Positions 39,668 through 49,231 of a stretch of 64,000 bases of DNA are shown in pieces. The notes under the pieces were generated by a model that saw only the letters and a program-made list of their open reading frames with translations, did no database searches and had not been told where the DNA came from. The position numbers and the translations under genes were made by a program. Position 1 is the first letter of the stretch. Each line of letters starts with the position of its first letter. The stretch comes from Candidatus Aenigmatarchaeota archaeon (lineage in GTDB: Archaea; Aenigmatarchaeota; Aenigmatarchaeia; CG10238-14; SCSR01), in the NCBI GenBank assembly GCA_038998335.1, contig JAVZHQ010000001.1, positions 384,001 through 448,000 on the forward strand. The letters are read 5' to 3'.

Positions 39668-39970
39668 ATGATAGACTCAGCTTTTTTGCTTCTTTTACTT
39701 ACAGCAATATTCTGTGCTATCGATGATATTCTTATTTACTTTATGGTTAAAAGAATTGGCGGAACTATAGGAGCTGGTTTAAAAGTAGTTGGTTTTTCAC
39801 TTTTTGCTATTTTGGTTTATATGATAATAGACTTAGCAGTTATCTACTTTGGTTGGTTGAATGCTGTCTATTATCTTATAGCTCATTACATAATAGAAAT
39901 GATTGCGTACTTACCGATGATTGTAGGTCTATATTTAATATACAAGGCAATTAGGGGCGAGAAAAAATGA
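39668..39970 (+). CDS. Small membrane protein (about 3 TM)
   Basis: Hydrophobic helices; KRIGG loop. Confidence 0.65.
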   Translation: MIDSAFLLLLLTAIFCAIDDILIYFMVKRIGGTIGAGLKVVGFSLFAILVYMIIDLAVIYFGWLNAVYYLIAHYIIEMIAYLPMIVGLYLIYKAIRGEKK

Positions 39971-40362
39971 TGGAATTTATAATGGCTTTTATAATGGTTG
40001 AGAGTATAATCACGCCAATAATAACTTTAATCATTCTTTTCTTTGCTCTTTACATGGCAAAAAAGTTTGGTGGAATGTACAAGAAATTCTTTATTGTTTT
40101 TGCTATAGGCTGGATATTCCAAATCCTTCATTCTATAGATGAAACTCTTTTGGTTCAAGCAATGCCAAGCATGATGCCTCTTGAAGCTATGTTCCTAACT
40201 TTTCCAGAAATATTGGCAAGCATGCGTATACCATCGCCTCTCTTTGCAATTCTAGGTTTAAACTTTGATTTTATCCTAGTTAAAATGACTTTCATGGCGG
40301 TTTGTGCAGTAATAATAACCTATGCTTTAACTATTCATTACAAACTAACAAAAGAAAAATAA
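39967..40362 (+). CDS. Small membrane protein
   Basis: Hydrophobic helices; KKFGG loop similar to upstream neighbour. Confidence 0.65.
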   Translation: MMEFIMAFIMVESIITPIITLIILFFALYMAKKFGGMYKKFFIVFAIGWIFQILHSIDETLLVQAMPSMMPLEAMFLTFPEILASMRIPSPLFAILGLNFDFILVKMTFMAVCAVIITYALTIHYKLTKEK

Positions 40363-40647
40363 CTATTTTAAAACTTCTGGAAGTTTAACTTTCTTTTTTC
40401 CTACTATTGGTTTTATAGCCTTTTTTATTGGTTCATGACAAACGTTGCCAACAATACTTTCAAACTGCTTTAAAAGAATCCCAACAACAATTTCACCTTC
40501 TCCATAAAAAGTTTTTACTTTTCCTTTTTCGTCTAGGAGTAAGGGCGATCTCCTCGCGCAAATTAAAGCAATTTTTTCACCAAGAAGCTCAGTCATAACT
40601 TCTATCATTTTATTCAATATTTTAATATAAGTCTTCTTTTCTTTCAC
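40363..40647 (-). CDS. Hypothetical protein in the Roadblock/GTPase operon
   Basis: 94-aa ORF, co-oriented, GGTGA RBS. Confidence 0.6.
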   Translation of the reverse strand: MKEKKTYIKILNKMIEVMTELLGEKIALICARRSPLLLDEKGKVKTFYGEGEIVVGILLKQFESIVGNVCHEPIKKAIKPIVGKKKVKLPEVLK

Positions 40648-40668
40648 TGGGTTTTCACCAAAAAAGTT

Positions 40669-41031
40669 TTAAACGAGCTTCTCGATTTTCTTTGCTGCTT
40701 TTTCCATCTCAAGAAGAATAAGCCCAATATTTGCATTTTTTCTCAGCAAAGCTATAAGTATTGCTTCTTCTCCTGCACCTATTGCTACGTATTGCCCTTC
40801 AGAAGCGTTAACTATTACTTGTTGAAACTCACCTATTTCTAATTCTTTTGTTGAAGTTTCAGAAGTACCAACTATTGCAGCAGCCATAGCAGCAACTGCC
40901 CTTGCGTTTACTTCACTTGGTAAACCACTTGCAATTAATAAACCATCTCTCCTTACTATGGCTGAACCTATTATATCGCCGATCTTTTCTAGTTCTTTCA
41001 AAACATCCTCAAGTTCTTTCTTCTCAACCAT
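40669..41031 (-). CDS. Roadblock/LC7 (MglB-like) protein
   Basis: GSAIVRRDGLLIAS...AAMAAA...NIGLILLEM. Confidence 0.9.
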   Translation of the reverse strand: MVEKKELEDVLKELEKIGDIIGSAIVRRDGLLIASGLPSEVNARAVAAMAAAIVGTSETSTKELEIGEFQQVIVNASEGQYVAIGAGEEAILIALLRKNANIGLILLEMEKAAKKIEKLV

Positions 41032-41046
41032 TCTCTCACTTAAATT

Positions 41047-42192
41047 TTAGATTGTTTTTAATTTAAATATTTTGTCAAACAAGAGCCTTAAACCTTCCTC
41101 CAAACCTTCCTTCTTAACTGCACAAGTTCCTATAACATCTTCAAAACCTAGAGCTTTCTTAATTTCCTCTATGCTTAAAGCTTCTGGCAAATCTTGCTTG
41201 TTTGCAAAAACAACGAAAGGAATCTCATAACCCCTAACTTTATCAAGCATTTCTTTTGCTCTTTCAAAAGTTTCTGGTTTAGTAGAGTCAACAACAAGAA
41301 TTACTCCCCAAACATCTCTTGCTAGGATTTTAAGTATCCAGTCAAACCTTTCTTGGCCAGGAGTTCCAAAAATGTCGCAAACCAAACCTTTTTTCTCTAT
41401 GTAACCATGGTCTAAAGCTATTGTTGTTCCAAGCTTATCTATGGAAACAGCTTTTTCTGAAAGAGAGTGAATAGTGCTAGACTTTCCTGCGCCGAAAGGT
41501 CCGGTTACCAAAATTTTTGGAACGTATATATTTACTCCAGTTTGTGTTATTTGGAATAAAATTTTAGGTGAATCATTGTACTGGAAATAATTCATCCAAA
41601 GTAGTTTTTTCTCTATGGTATCAAGTTTGATAACGCTATCCATGACATTACAAACTTCTTCTATTTCTTCTTTTGAATAACCCCAATCTGTAAACAAGAA
41701 AAAGCAAGTAGTTTTTGTTTCCTCAAAAACATCTTTTAATTTTTTAATTCCTTCTGCTACTTTTTTTGCTCCAACCCCCATAAAAACTTCTAGACAATCA
41801 AAAATTGCAGTTTTTAAACCTGGAGTTTCTCCTAAAGCTTTTTCGAAAAGCTCTAAAGTTTTTTCCCAAGCTTCTTCTGGTCTTGTGACAAGCGCTTTTA
41901 AAACATACTTGGCATCGCTTTCTTGTTTGAGAGTAAAGGAAATGCAATCAACAAAAACTATATCCTTAGATTCCCAACCATGCTCGTACATATTCTTAAG
42001 AATTGCAGCAGGAGCTTTTGATGTTGTCAAATAAATTCCTTTGTCTCCTTCCAGAATTCTTGTTGAAAGTATATGCTGAGAAAAGCTTGATTTATCTATT
42101 AGTGTACCTGTTAAAAGTAAAACAGCCGAATTTGACTCTACGCCTCCACCTAAAATTTCATCAAGCTTTTCTATTCCAGTTGAGATTTTCAT
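41047..42192 (-). CDS. Fusion of degenerate KaiC/RecA-like domain and MglA-like small GTPase
   Basis: STGIEKLDEILGGG with broken Walker A (TGTLIDKS); C-terminal GPFGAGKS, GTPGQERF, NKQD. Confidence 0.85.
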   Translation of the reverse strand: MKISTGIEKLDEILGGGVESNSAVLLLTGTLIDKSSFSQHILSTRILEGDKGIYLTTSKAPAAILKNMYEHGWESKDIVFVDCISFTLKQESDAKYVLKALVTRPEEAWEKTLELFEKALGETPGLKTAIFDCLEVFMGVGAKKVAEGIKKLKDVFEETKTTCFFLFTDWGYSKEEIEEVCNVMDSVIKLDTIEKKLLWMNYFQYNDSPKILFQITQTGVNIYVPKILVTGPFGAGKSSTIHSLSEKAVSIDKLGTTIALDHGYIEKKGLVCDIFGTPGQERFDWILKILARDVWGVILVVDSTKPETFERAKEMLDKVRGYEIPFVVFANKQDLPEALSIEEIKKALGFEDVIGTCAVKKEGLEEGLRLLFDKIFKLKTI

Positions 42193-42196
42193 ACCA

Positions 42197-42889
42197 TCAC
42201 TTTTCCACAACTATACCCTTTTCTGTTATAGCAAATCTTAAAGCTTCTAATGGAGGTTTGGTATCTTTTAGCCTTCTTATCCACATTAATCTTTGAGTAT
42301 AAGCAGTAGGGTCAAAACCTAACTCTATTGTTCCGTCTGTCAAGGCTTCTAAAGTTACCATATCTTTTTGCTCGATAACATCTTTTTCTATGGTTGAAAT
42401 AGAAGTTATTCTTGAAGATTTTAACTTAGCAAATAAAACTGAGGAAAATTTTGCACAAAGGTCTTTTGGAACATAAAGGTAAAGAGTGGAAATAGCATCT
42501 ATACAACATCTCCTGAGGTTTTTATCCTGCAATTCCTTAATTGCTTGAGAAATTTTAATATTAAACTCGTTTAAGTCAGCAGGGTTGTTTATTATATAAG
42601 TGTCTTTTTCTATTCCTCCTACTTGCCAAGAGTAAACGTCTATAAAAACTATAATCTTTCCTTCTATATGCCAACCGAACCTTTCCATACTTTTTTTAAC
42701 TTCTTCTGGAGGGGCATTAAAAAGTATATAAACAGCTGCTTCGTTTTGGGTCAAACCTTTGTAAATGAATTGATTGCAAAAAGTTGTTTTTCCTGAGCCT
42801 GGAGGGCCAACTAATAGAATAGAAGAAAACTCAGGAAGTCCGCCTTCGATTTTTTCATCTAAATTTTCTATCCCACTCGAAACTCTCAT
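42197..42889 (-). CDS. Single-domain KaiC-like ATPase
   Basis: SSGIENLD..IEGGLP, GPPGSGKT, DGTIEL, FAITEKGI. Confidence 0.88.
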   Translation of the reverse strand: MRVSSGIENLDEKIEGGLPEFSSILLVGPPGSGKTTFCNQFIYKGLTQNEAAVYILFNAPPEEVKKSMERFGWHIEGKIIVFIDVYSWQVGGIEKDTYIINNPADLNEFNIKISQAIKELQDKNLRRCCIDAISTLYLYVPKDLCAKFSSVLFAKLKSSRITSISTIEKDVIEQKDMVTLEALTDGTIELGFDPTAYTQRLMWIRRLKDTKPPLEALRFAITEKGIVVEK

Positions 42890-42927
42890 TTTCTCTTTTA
42901 TTTAATTTGTTTTCTATTTTTAAAAAC

Positions 42928-43398
42928 TTATGACTTTTTTTCTTCGTTAAAAGATTCTATCGAACCTTTAAGCTTAACTTCTATTTCTGTTAGGTCTTTA
43001 AGAATATTCGCATAAACTGCTTTCAAATCTTCCTCGGAAATTTCTTGCTTGAAATATTTCTCCCTTAAAGTGGCTATCATAAGCTTAAGCTCTTCGTATC
43101 TTTTTTTAAGTTGAGAAATTTCGTAAGCATTATAAAGTACTGTTACTGAGCCTATAAGGGTAAATATTACTCCGATAAGAGAGGTAACTATTATAAAAGT
43201 TGGTGCAAAAGGTTCTATCTCAACTCTAAACAGATGAGAAAGAGCTATAAATTCTAAGCCTAAACAAAGAGCAAAAACATTTACCGAAACTTGCCTTTTT
43301 GGGTTTGATAGCCTACCAAAATAAAAGATTAAAAGTGAAGCAAAGCTTAATCCAACAAAAGAAGCAAAGTTAATGAAAGTCATCCACCCAAGTTCCAT
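42928..43398 (-). CDS. Membrane protein with C-terminal coiled coil
   Basis: Three hydrophobic helices then a heptad-rich tail. Confidence 0.65.
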   Translation of the reverse strand: MELGWMTFINFASFVGLSFASLLIFYFGRLSNPKRQVSVNVFALCLGLEFIALSHLFRVEIEPFAPTFIIVTSLIGVIFTLIGSVTVLYNAYEISQLKKRYEELKLMIATLREKYFKQEISEEDLKAVYANILKDLTEIEVKLKGSIESFNEEKKS

Positions 43399-43427
43399 AA
43401 TTAAAATTTGTTTTCCTTATTAAAGAA

Positions 43428-43700
43428 TTATCTCTTTCTCTTTGCTTTTTTCATTCCTTGCTTAATTCCTTTTTTTATTTCTTTTAACACGCTTGGTAAT
43501 AACTCTTTTGTTATTTCTGCCATTTCTTTAGTTTTTTCTTTTAAAACTTCTGCTGTTTCTTCAGCAATGCTTTCTGTTTTCCTTACAACTTTTTTAGCTT
43601 TTTTTTCGCTTACTACAGCCATTTCCCCTAAAAGTTCTCCTAACTTTCTTGCTGTTTTAAGCACTGGCTTTACTTTTTTCAAAACTTTTTTCTCTCTCAT
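43428..43700 (-). CDS. Lys/Glu-rich helical hypothetical protein
   Basis: 90-aa ORF co-oriented with neighbours. Confidence 0.55.
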   Translation of the reverse strand: MREKKVLKKVKPVLKTARKLGELLGEMAVVSEKKAKKVVRKTESIAEETAEVLKEKTKEMAEITKELLPSVLKEIKKGIKQGMKKAKRKR

Positions 43701-43739
43701 AATATTTATTTTGATTAAAAAAATAAAAAGAAAGAAAGC

Positions 43740-43982
43740 TCACTCCCAGTAAAATAGACTAATACTGCTTGCTATTTCATCTTCAACTTGTGTGTTGAAG
43801 GATGCTTGATCTATAGAAATTTTTTCAAGCTCTTCTTCCATCAGTGTGTTTAGTGAGTCGTCTAAGATGTAGGCTTCTTCGACAGAAGGTTGGGGTGCTG
43901 GTCCTGGCTTTGGTTGAATCAAAAAATAAGCTGCTATTGCAATCAACGCAACGATACAAATCAAGATAATTAACTTGCTCAT
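43740..43982 (-). CDS. Membrane-anchored hypothetical protein
   Basis: N-terminal TM helix, Pro-rich linker. Confidence 0.6.
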   Translation of the reverse strand: MSKLIILICIVALIAIAAYFLIQPKPGPAPQPSVEEAYILDDSLNTLMEEELEKISIDQASFNTQVEDEIASSISLFYWE

Positions 43983-44614
43983 GCTACCGCCCTAGGGTAT
44001 GCAAAAGCTCCAAACTTGTAGGTTACTCCTTTAAACTCTAGGGTTCCTTTCCAAAGATAATGATTGCCAGGAAGTCCTGTAGGCTCGCCTTTTGTTAGGC
44101 TGATGCTTCCTACTTTTGTTGATTGAAGCTCACATTGCTCAGCAGAAATGTTTTGTTGCTTGCAGTTTTGATAGTTTGGAACTTCTTTTATGTCTGCACT
44201 GAAGCTTGTGTCAGTTTTAACTATGTTGGTTAAAGCGTATGTAGTTCCGTTAATAGAAATTCTTCCTTTTGAGATTACTGTTCCGTTAGCATCTATAGCA
44301 GCTCTTATTCTTTCTCTTACTGCAGACCAATCAACTACTTGAGACTTGTTTCTTTCTTCTCTTATTATTGAAAGCACTTGATTAAAAGGTAAAATTTTTA
44401 CGTTTAGTACATGGAACTTTGCTGTTATGTAAGAATCTCTTTCGCAATCAAAACCTATACCCCAACCATGGATTACTGGTGAAAGATAGTTTCTTACCAT
44501 ATTAGTAAAAGCTAGTCTTTCTGTTTCTCCTATTGGTCCTAATCTTGCAATCGCTAGAGAAGTTGTTACTGATAGAATTGCTAAAAACAAAAGAACTAAA
44601 GCCAAGGTTTTCAT
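43979..44614 (-). CDS. Secreted hypothetical protein
   Basis: Signal peptide MKTLALVLLFLAILSVTTSLA. Confidence 0.7.
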   Translation of the reverse strand: MKTLALVLLFLAILSVTTSLAIARLGPIGETERLAFTNMVRNYLSPVIHGWGIGFDCERDSYITAKFHVLNVKILPFNQVLSIIREERNKSQVVDWSAVRERIRAAIDANGTVISKGRISINGTTYALTNIVKTDTSFSADIKEVPNYQNCKQQNISAEQCELQSTKVGSISLTKGEPTGLPGNHYLWKGTLEFKGVTYKFGAFAYPRAVA

Positions 44615-44810
44615 GCTCTCACTCTCTATTATTTGCCCTTTTTTTATATTTATTAGTTTTTAAAAAAAGGTTTAGGAAAACTTAGGGTAAAAAATGATAT
44701 TCGTTTTTCTAAAAAATGTTTATGTTTTACAAAATAGAAAGCTTTAAATACTTTTCGACTTATATTTTATTAAGTTTTCGAAAAATGGATTTTCACTTAA
44801 AAGTGATAAA

Positions 44811-45743
44811 ATGGCAAAAAAAAGAAAATCGATGCCATCATGCCCTGAATGTGGAAGCACAAGTATTGTGGAAGATCCTTCTAGAGGAGAGCTTACTTGC
44901 TTAAAATGTGGATTAGTTATAAAAGAGGAAATGATAGACACAGGACAAGAATGGCGTGCTTTTGATTCTGAGCAAATGAGCAAAAGGGCAAGAGGTGGAG
45001 CTCCTTTAACTTTCACTAAGCATGATAAAGGATTAACTACAGAAATAGGAAAAGGCTTAGGCGAGCTTTACAAAGTTCCTGCTAGAAAAAGAGCCCAGTA
45101 TTATAGGTTAACAAAATGGCATAAAAGATTGATAAAATCAAAAGACAGAAACTTAAGCTTTGCTTTAAGCGAATTACAAAGAATTGTTTCTTTTCTTAAT
45201 TTACCGAGAAGCATTCATGAAAGAATTGCAAGGTATTATGAGGAAGCTGTAAATAAAGGGTTGGTAAGAGGAAGAAGCATAGAAAGCGTAATAGCAGCTT
45301 TAACTTATGCTGTTTCTCGTGAGTTTGGAAGCCCAAGAACTTTGGATGAAATTTCTGAGGCAAGTGGAGTTGAAAAAAGGGAAATAGGAAGAACTTATCG
45401 TTATGTTTCTAGAGAGCTTAACATAAGAATTTTGCCTGCCGACCCTATAACTTTTGTTCCCAGATTTTGCTCAATGTTAGGATTAAGCGATAAAGTTCAG
45501 GCAAAAGCAACAGAAATTTTGAAGAAAGCAAAGAAGCATGATATAACAAGCGGGAAAGGACCTACTGGAGTAGCTGCTGCTGCAATCTATATTGCTTGTG
45601 TTTTAGTAGGAGAAAAAAGAACTCAAAGAGAAGTTGCCGATATTGTTGGTGTGACAGAAGTGACCATTCGTAACAGATATAAGGAATTAATCGAAAAACT
45701 TGGTATAGAAGAAGAAGTGGAGAAAAAGGCTAAAGAAGAATAG
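44811..45743 (+). CDS. tfb: Transcription initiation factor IIB
   Basis: CPECGS...CLKCG Zn ribbon, EWRAF, two cyclin repeats, VTIRNRYKEL. Confidence 0.97.
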   Translation: MAKKRKSMPSCPECGSTSIVEDPSRGELTCLKCGLVIKEEMIDTGQEWRAFDSEQMSKRARGGAPLTFTKHDKGLTTEIGKGLGELYKVPARKRAQYYRLTKWHKRLIKSKDRNLSFALSELQRIVSFLNLPRSIHERIARYYEEAVNKGLVRGRSIESVIAALTYAVSREFGSPRTLDEISEASGVEKREIGRTYRYVSRELNIRILPADPITFVPRFCSMLGLSDKVQAKATEILKKAKKHDITSGKGPTGVAAAAIYIACVLVGEKRTQREVADIVGVTEVTIRNRYKELIEKLGIEEEVEKKAKEE

Positions 45744-45752
45744 GAAAGACTT

Positions 45753-45989
45753 ATGAGAGAAAAAAATCTTATAGAAGAACTTTATACTTCTAAACTTCCT
45801 CGTTATCTTTTTCAAAAATATAAAAATTCTAAAAAAAGTTATAAAAAAGCCTGCTATGCATTAGCATCAGTAACCTGTATGAATCCGTTTTACTTAATTT
45901 TAATGAGTAGTGAAATAATTATACGTGATAGTTGTCAGCAAATTAAGCTAGCGTTAAAAGAATTAGAAGAAGAAAAAATCAAAAAGTAA
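45753..45989 (+). CDS. Hypothetical protein
   Basis: 78-aa ORF directly after tfb. Confidence 0.45.
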   Translation: MREKNLIEELYTSKLPRYLFQKYKNSKKSYKKACYALASVTCMNPFYLILMSSEIIIRDSCQQIKLALKELEEEKIKK

Positions 45990-46013
45990 TTATGATAACT
46001 TTTTGATCTTCTT

Positions 46014-46029
46014 TGTTAGACGTCTAACA
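46014..46029. repeat. 16-bp perfect palindrome TGTTAGACGTCTAACA (copy 2)
   Basis: Identical to 25289-25304. Confidence 0.8.
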
Positions 46030-46521
46030 TTAAGAAAAATTTTTAGCTTTTTTATCACAAAAAATCCTTAGTTTCATTTTTTCCTCAACCTCTTTATCTT
46101 TAGGCTTATGCTCTTGAGTTTTTTCTTTATCAAAGATGTGAATCACTTGATGACCTAAGATTGCTAAACGATTTGCTATATATCTTCTATGACAGCGCCA
46201 CCATAGCAACTCAGCACAAAGTATTGCTGTAGTTTTATTATCAGCAATTTCTAAAAGTTTTTTTATAGTTTCTGAAAACTCTTTGCTTTTTGAAAAATTT
46301 TCATAACCCTCTTTCCTATAGCCGCCAAGCTCAGGAAAGTGAAGGTATTGAATTTTTTCTTTTGCTAATTCTTTTTCTAAATTTTCTTTGTTAAACCAAG
46401 GGAATTTTTTGCTGGAAGGAAACTTACGAACATCGATAACCAATTCGATCTGGTAATTCTTTAAAATCTCTAAAAATTCTTCAAAGCTTCTTGTGCTATG
46501 GCCTAAGGTGTAAATTTTCAT
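46030..46521 (-). CDS. DUF488 protein
   Basis: IYTLGHS, DVRKFPSS, CAE...CHR. Confidence 0.88.
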   Translation of the reverse strand: MKIYTLGHSTRSFEEFLEILKNYQIELVIDVRKFPSSKKFPWFNKENLEKELAKEKIQYLHFPELGGYRKEGYENFSKSKEFSETIKKLLEIADNKTTAILCAELLWWRCHRRYIANRLAILGHQVIHIFDKEKTQEHKPKDKEVEEKMKLRIFCDKKAKNFS

Positions 46522-46554
46522 AAGTTATTTTAATTCTTTATTTAATTTGAATTT

Positions 46555-47115
46555 ATGGAACTATCAACTTGTCCAGCATGTAAAAAACAAAGCATGATTT
46601 TCTCTAGCCTTACACAAGAAATTCCATACTTTGGGAAAATTCTAATTTTAAGTTTGAAGTGCGAAAATTGCGGCTTTAAGCATAACGATATTTTTAACGT
46701 TGAAATAAAAGAGCCGATGAGCTATAGAATTAGAGTAGAAAATGAAAAGGATTTGACAGCAAAAGTAGTAAGGGCTTCTTCTGGAACTATAATAGTTCCT
46801 GAACTTGGAGTTAAAATAGAACCAGGGAGCTATGCAGAAGGTTTTATAACTAACGTTGAAGGAATTCTAGAAAGAATAGAGAATGTTTTAAAATATCAGG
46901 AAAAAGTTAAAAAAGGAAAGAAGCTTGAAAAAATTAAAAAATTGATGGAAAAAATCGAAAGAATGAGAGAAGGAAAGGAAAAGTTTACGGTGATAATTAA
47001 AGATCCTTTTGGAAATTCTGCAATAATCTCAGAGAAAGCAAAAAGAAAAAAACTTAGCAAAAAGGAATTAAAAAATTTAAAAAGTGGTATGGTAGTTTTT
47101 GAAATGATCAAGTAA
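46555..47115 (+). CDS. ZPR1 zinc-finger protein
   Basis: CPAC, IPYFG, CENCG, ITNVEG, DPFGNS. Confidence 0.92.
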   Translation: MELSTCPACKKQSMIFSSLTQEIPYFGKILILSLKCENCGFKHNDIFNVEIKEPMSYRIRVENEKDLTAKVVRASSGTIIVPELGVKIEPGSYAEGFITNVEGILERIENVLKYQEKVKKGKKLEKIKKLMEKIERMREGKEKFTVIIKDPFGNSAIISEKAKRKKLSKKELKNLKSGMVVFEMIK

Positions 47116-47394
47116 TTACTTCTTTAAAGCTTTTTTGAATTCTTCTTTTAATTCTTCTAACTTTGAAATTAATCTATCGCAAGCTTTTTCTAGCGCAGTT
47201 TCTGGAGAACCACGAGAAACTTTGACGAATATTTTTGGCTCTGAAAGGTAAGGATGTTCTTTTATTTGGGCAGACTCTATCACACTTTTATCATTCCAAA
47301 GCTCTTCTCTTAAAAGATTTGTTAAAGTGTAAGTCTCCCCTCTAACTTCAAGCTCCAAGGTTTTTTCATCTTTCTTTATTACTCTAAGCTCCAT
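47116..47394 (-). CDS. rpoL: RNA polymerase subunit Rpo11 (L)
   Basis: GETYTLTNLLREEL...EHP. Confidence 0.9.
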   Translation of the reverse strand: MELRVIKKDEKTLELEVRGETYTLTNLLREELWNDKSVIESAQIKEHPYLSEPKIFVKVSRGSPETALEKACDRLISKLEELKEEFKKALKK

Positions 47395-48022
47395 CTTCTC
47401 CCTTCTCTATTATGTACAAATCAACGTCATAACTAATTTTTGGTTTTTCATGAAATTTAAACATATATGGAATTGAAAATTTATATTTTAATACTTGTTC
47501 TATCTTTCCTTTCCTTTCTTCAACAAACTTTTTTATAAAACTTCTAGTCTTTTTTCTTCCATTCTTGTGTAAAGTATAAATTCTTTTTCCACATCTTAAA
47601 GCTGCTTCAAGAAAAATTCTGTCAGCATGTCTGCTTTGAACACCAAAAGGAGGGTTTTGAATTATTGTGTCAGCTTTTGCGAGCCAATTTCTTATATCGC
47701 AAACAACAAAATAAACAGGTAATTTCTTTGAAACATAAGATTCATGTCTTTTCAAATTTTCTTTCGCAGCTCTTATAACATTTTTATCTATATCTATACC
47801 AACAACAAGCTTTGCCCCAAAGATTGCAGCACCTATAGCTAACCTTCCTGAGCCTGTACCAAAATCAAAAACTACTTTATTTTCTATATCGCCATGCAAG
47901 TAGGCAAGGTTTATAATTTCTGCCGCAAGATTTCCAGTAATTGTGTATTGTTCTAGGCTTGGCTTTGGAAGTGAAGGTTCTTTAAGTTGTGATAAAATTA
48001 TTTCAAGTTGCTTTTTGTCCAT
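47384..48022 (-). CDS. METTL5-like N6-adenine RNA methyltransferase
   Basis: LEQY, DFGTGSG, NPPFG. Confidence 0.88.
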   Translation of the reverse strand: MDKKQLEIILSQLKEPSLPKPSLEQYTITGNLAAEIINLAYLHGDIENKVVFDFGTGSGRLAIGAAIFGAKLVVGIDIDKNVIRAAKENLKRHESYVSKKLPVYFVVCDIRNWLAKADTIIQNPPFGVQSRHADRIFLEAALRCGKRIYTLHKNGRKKTRSFIKKFVEERKGKIEQVLKYKFSIPYMFKFHEKPKISYDVDLYIIEKGEDGA

Positions 48023-48035
48023 AATAATTATTTGA

Positions 48036-48947
48036 TTAAAAAATGTAATTTACGTTTAACACAGGAATTTTATACTTTTCTAAATCATCAATCCCTATTC
48101 TTGGACAAGCTAAGTTTATCAAAAAATCCAAACTTAAACCTTCTATTTTTTCTGGAGTTATTTCATCCATAGCCAAAATATAAATTTCCTTCCCTTCTTT
48201 TTCCAATTTTTTCTTAAGTTCGAAGAAATTTTTATTGAGTTGACCTTTTTTCCAGCTAACAAGAATTCCAACTCTTTTTGCTTCTTTAAATTGAGCCCTA
48301 TTCCAAGTTATTATTTTTTCTATCTTTCTTTTAAATTCCTCCAAACTGTAAATTTCTCCTTTTTCCAAATCCAGGCAAAAGACTGGTTTATTTGTTTTTA
48401 AAACTAAACCTAAACCATAAAACTTCCCTGCTGACACACATAAAAAGCAATCTACTTTTTTCTCTATAGCTTCTGCTGCTCTCAGATCACAACCTAAAAT
48501 TTGAGCAGGATGTTGTAGAATTTTTTGAGTAAAAACTTTTTTTGCTTTTTTTTCTAAAAAATTTTTAACTTTTTTGATAGTTTTAACAAATTGGATACTT
48601 GTAACTATTCCTATTTTCTCAAATTTTTTAATTTTCTCAAACTCTTTTTCCAAAATTGGAATAGGATTAGCATCTATAAAGTATTCCCAGTAAACTACTG
48701 GTAAAGAATTTTTCTTCAAAAATTCCTCATGCCCGATGTGAAGAATCGCATCGCAACCTAACCTTTTTGCTTCCTCATCTCTTATATCACAAGCGCCAAA
48801 ACAAGGTTCTAAACATAATACAACATCAAAACCTTCTTTTTCTAATTTTTTAGATATCTCTTGAATTCTAAGCTTTAGGCCTTCTGGAAATTGAACTAAA
48901 ACCTTTTTTGCTTTTATTTTTTTCAATTTTTTAATAGCCTCTTCCAT
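48036..48947 (-). CDS. dph2: Diphthamide biosynthesis radical-SAM enzyme Dph2
   Basis: QFPEGLK, CFGACD, QILGC, ACPR. Confidence 0.93.
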   Translation of the reverse strand: MEEAIKKLKKIKAKKVLVQFPEGLKLRIQEISKKLEKEGFDVVLCLEPCFGACDIRDEEAKRLGCDAILHIGHEEFLKKNSLPVVYWEYFIDANPIPILEKEFEKIKKFEKIGIVTSIQFVKTIKKVKNFLEKKAKKVFTQKILQHPAQILGCDLRAAEAIEKKVDCFLCVSAGKFYGLGLVLKTNKPVFCLDLEKGEIYSLEEFKRKIEKIITWNRAQFKEAKRVGILVSWKKGQLNKNFFELKKKLEKEGKEIYILAMDEITPEKIEGLSLDFLINLACPRIGIDDLEKYKIPVLNVNYIF

Positions 48948-48988
48948 TCTTTCACAAACTTATTTTCATCTTATGCTTTAATATAATT

Positions 48989-49231
48989 ATGGAAAAGGTT
49001 TCAAGAGAGGTAAGAAAAAAAGGTTACTTGCTTTTTAGGAAGAATAAAGTAAAAAAGGAACTGGAAACCGAAAAAAGAATACACTTTAAAGTTGAAGGTG
49101 AAACAGAAATTCATTCTGTAATTTTCGACAAAATAAAGAAAAAATTCTTTTGTGATTGTTCTTATTTCTCGCTTCATGAGAAAAAATGCTCTCATATAAT
49201 TGCTTGCGAACTATTTTTGAAGCAAGCCTAG
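48989..49231 (+). CDS. SWIM zinc-finger protein
   Basis: CDC...CSH. Confidence 0.75.
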   Translation: MEKVSREVRKKGYLLFRKNKVKKELETEKRIHFKVEGETEIHSVIFDKIKKKFFCDCSYFSLHEKKCSHIIACELFLKQA

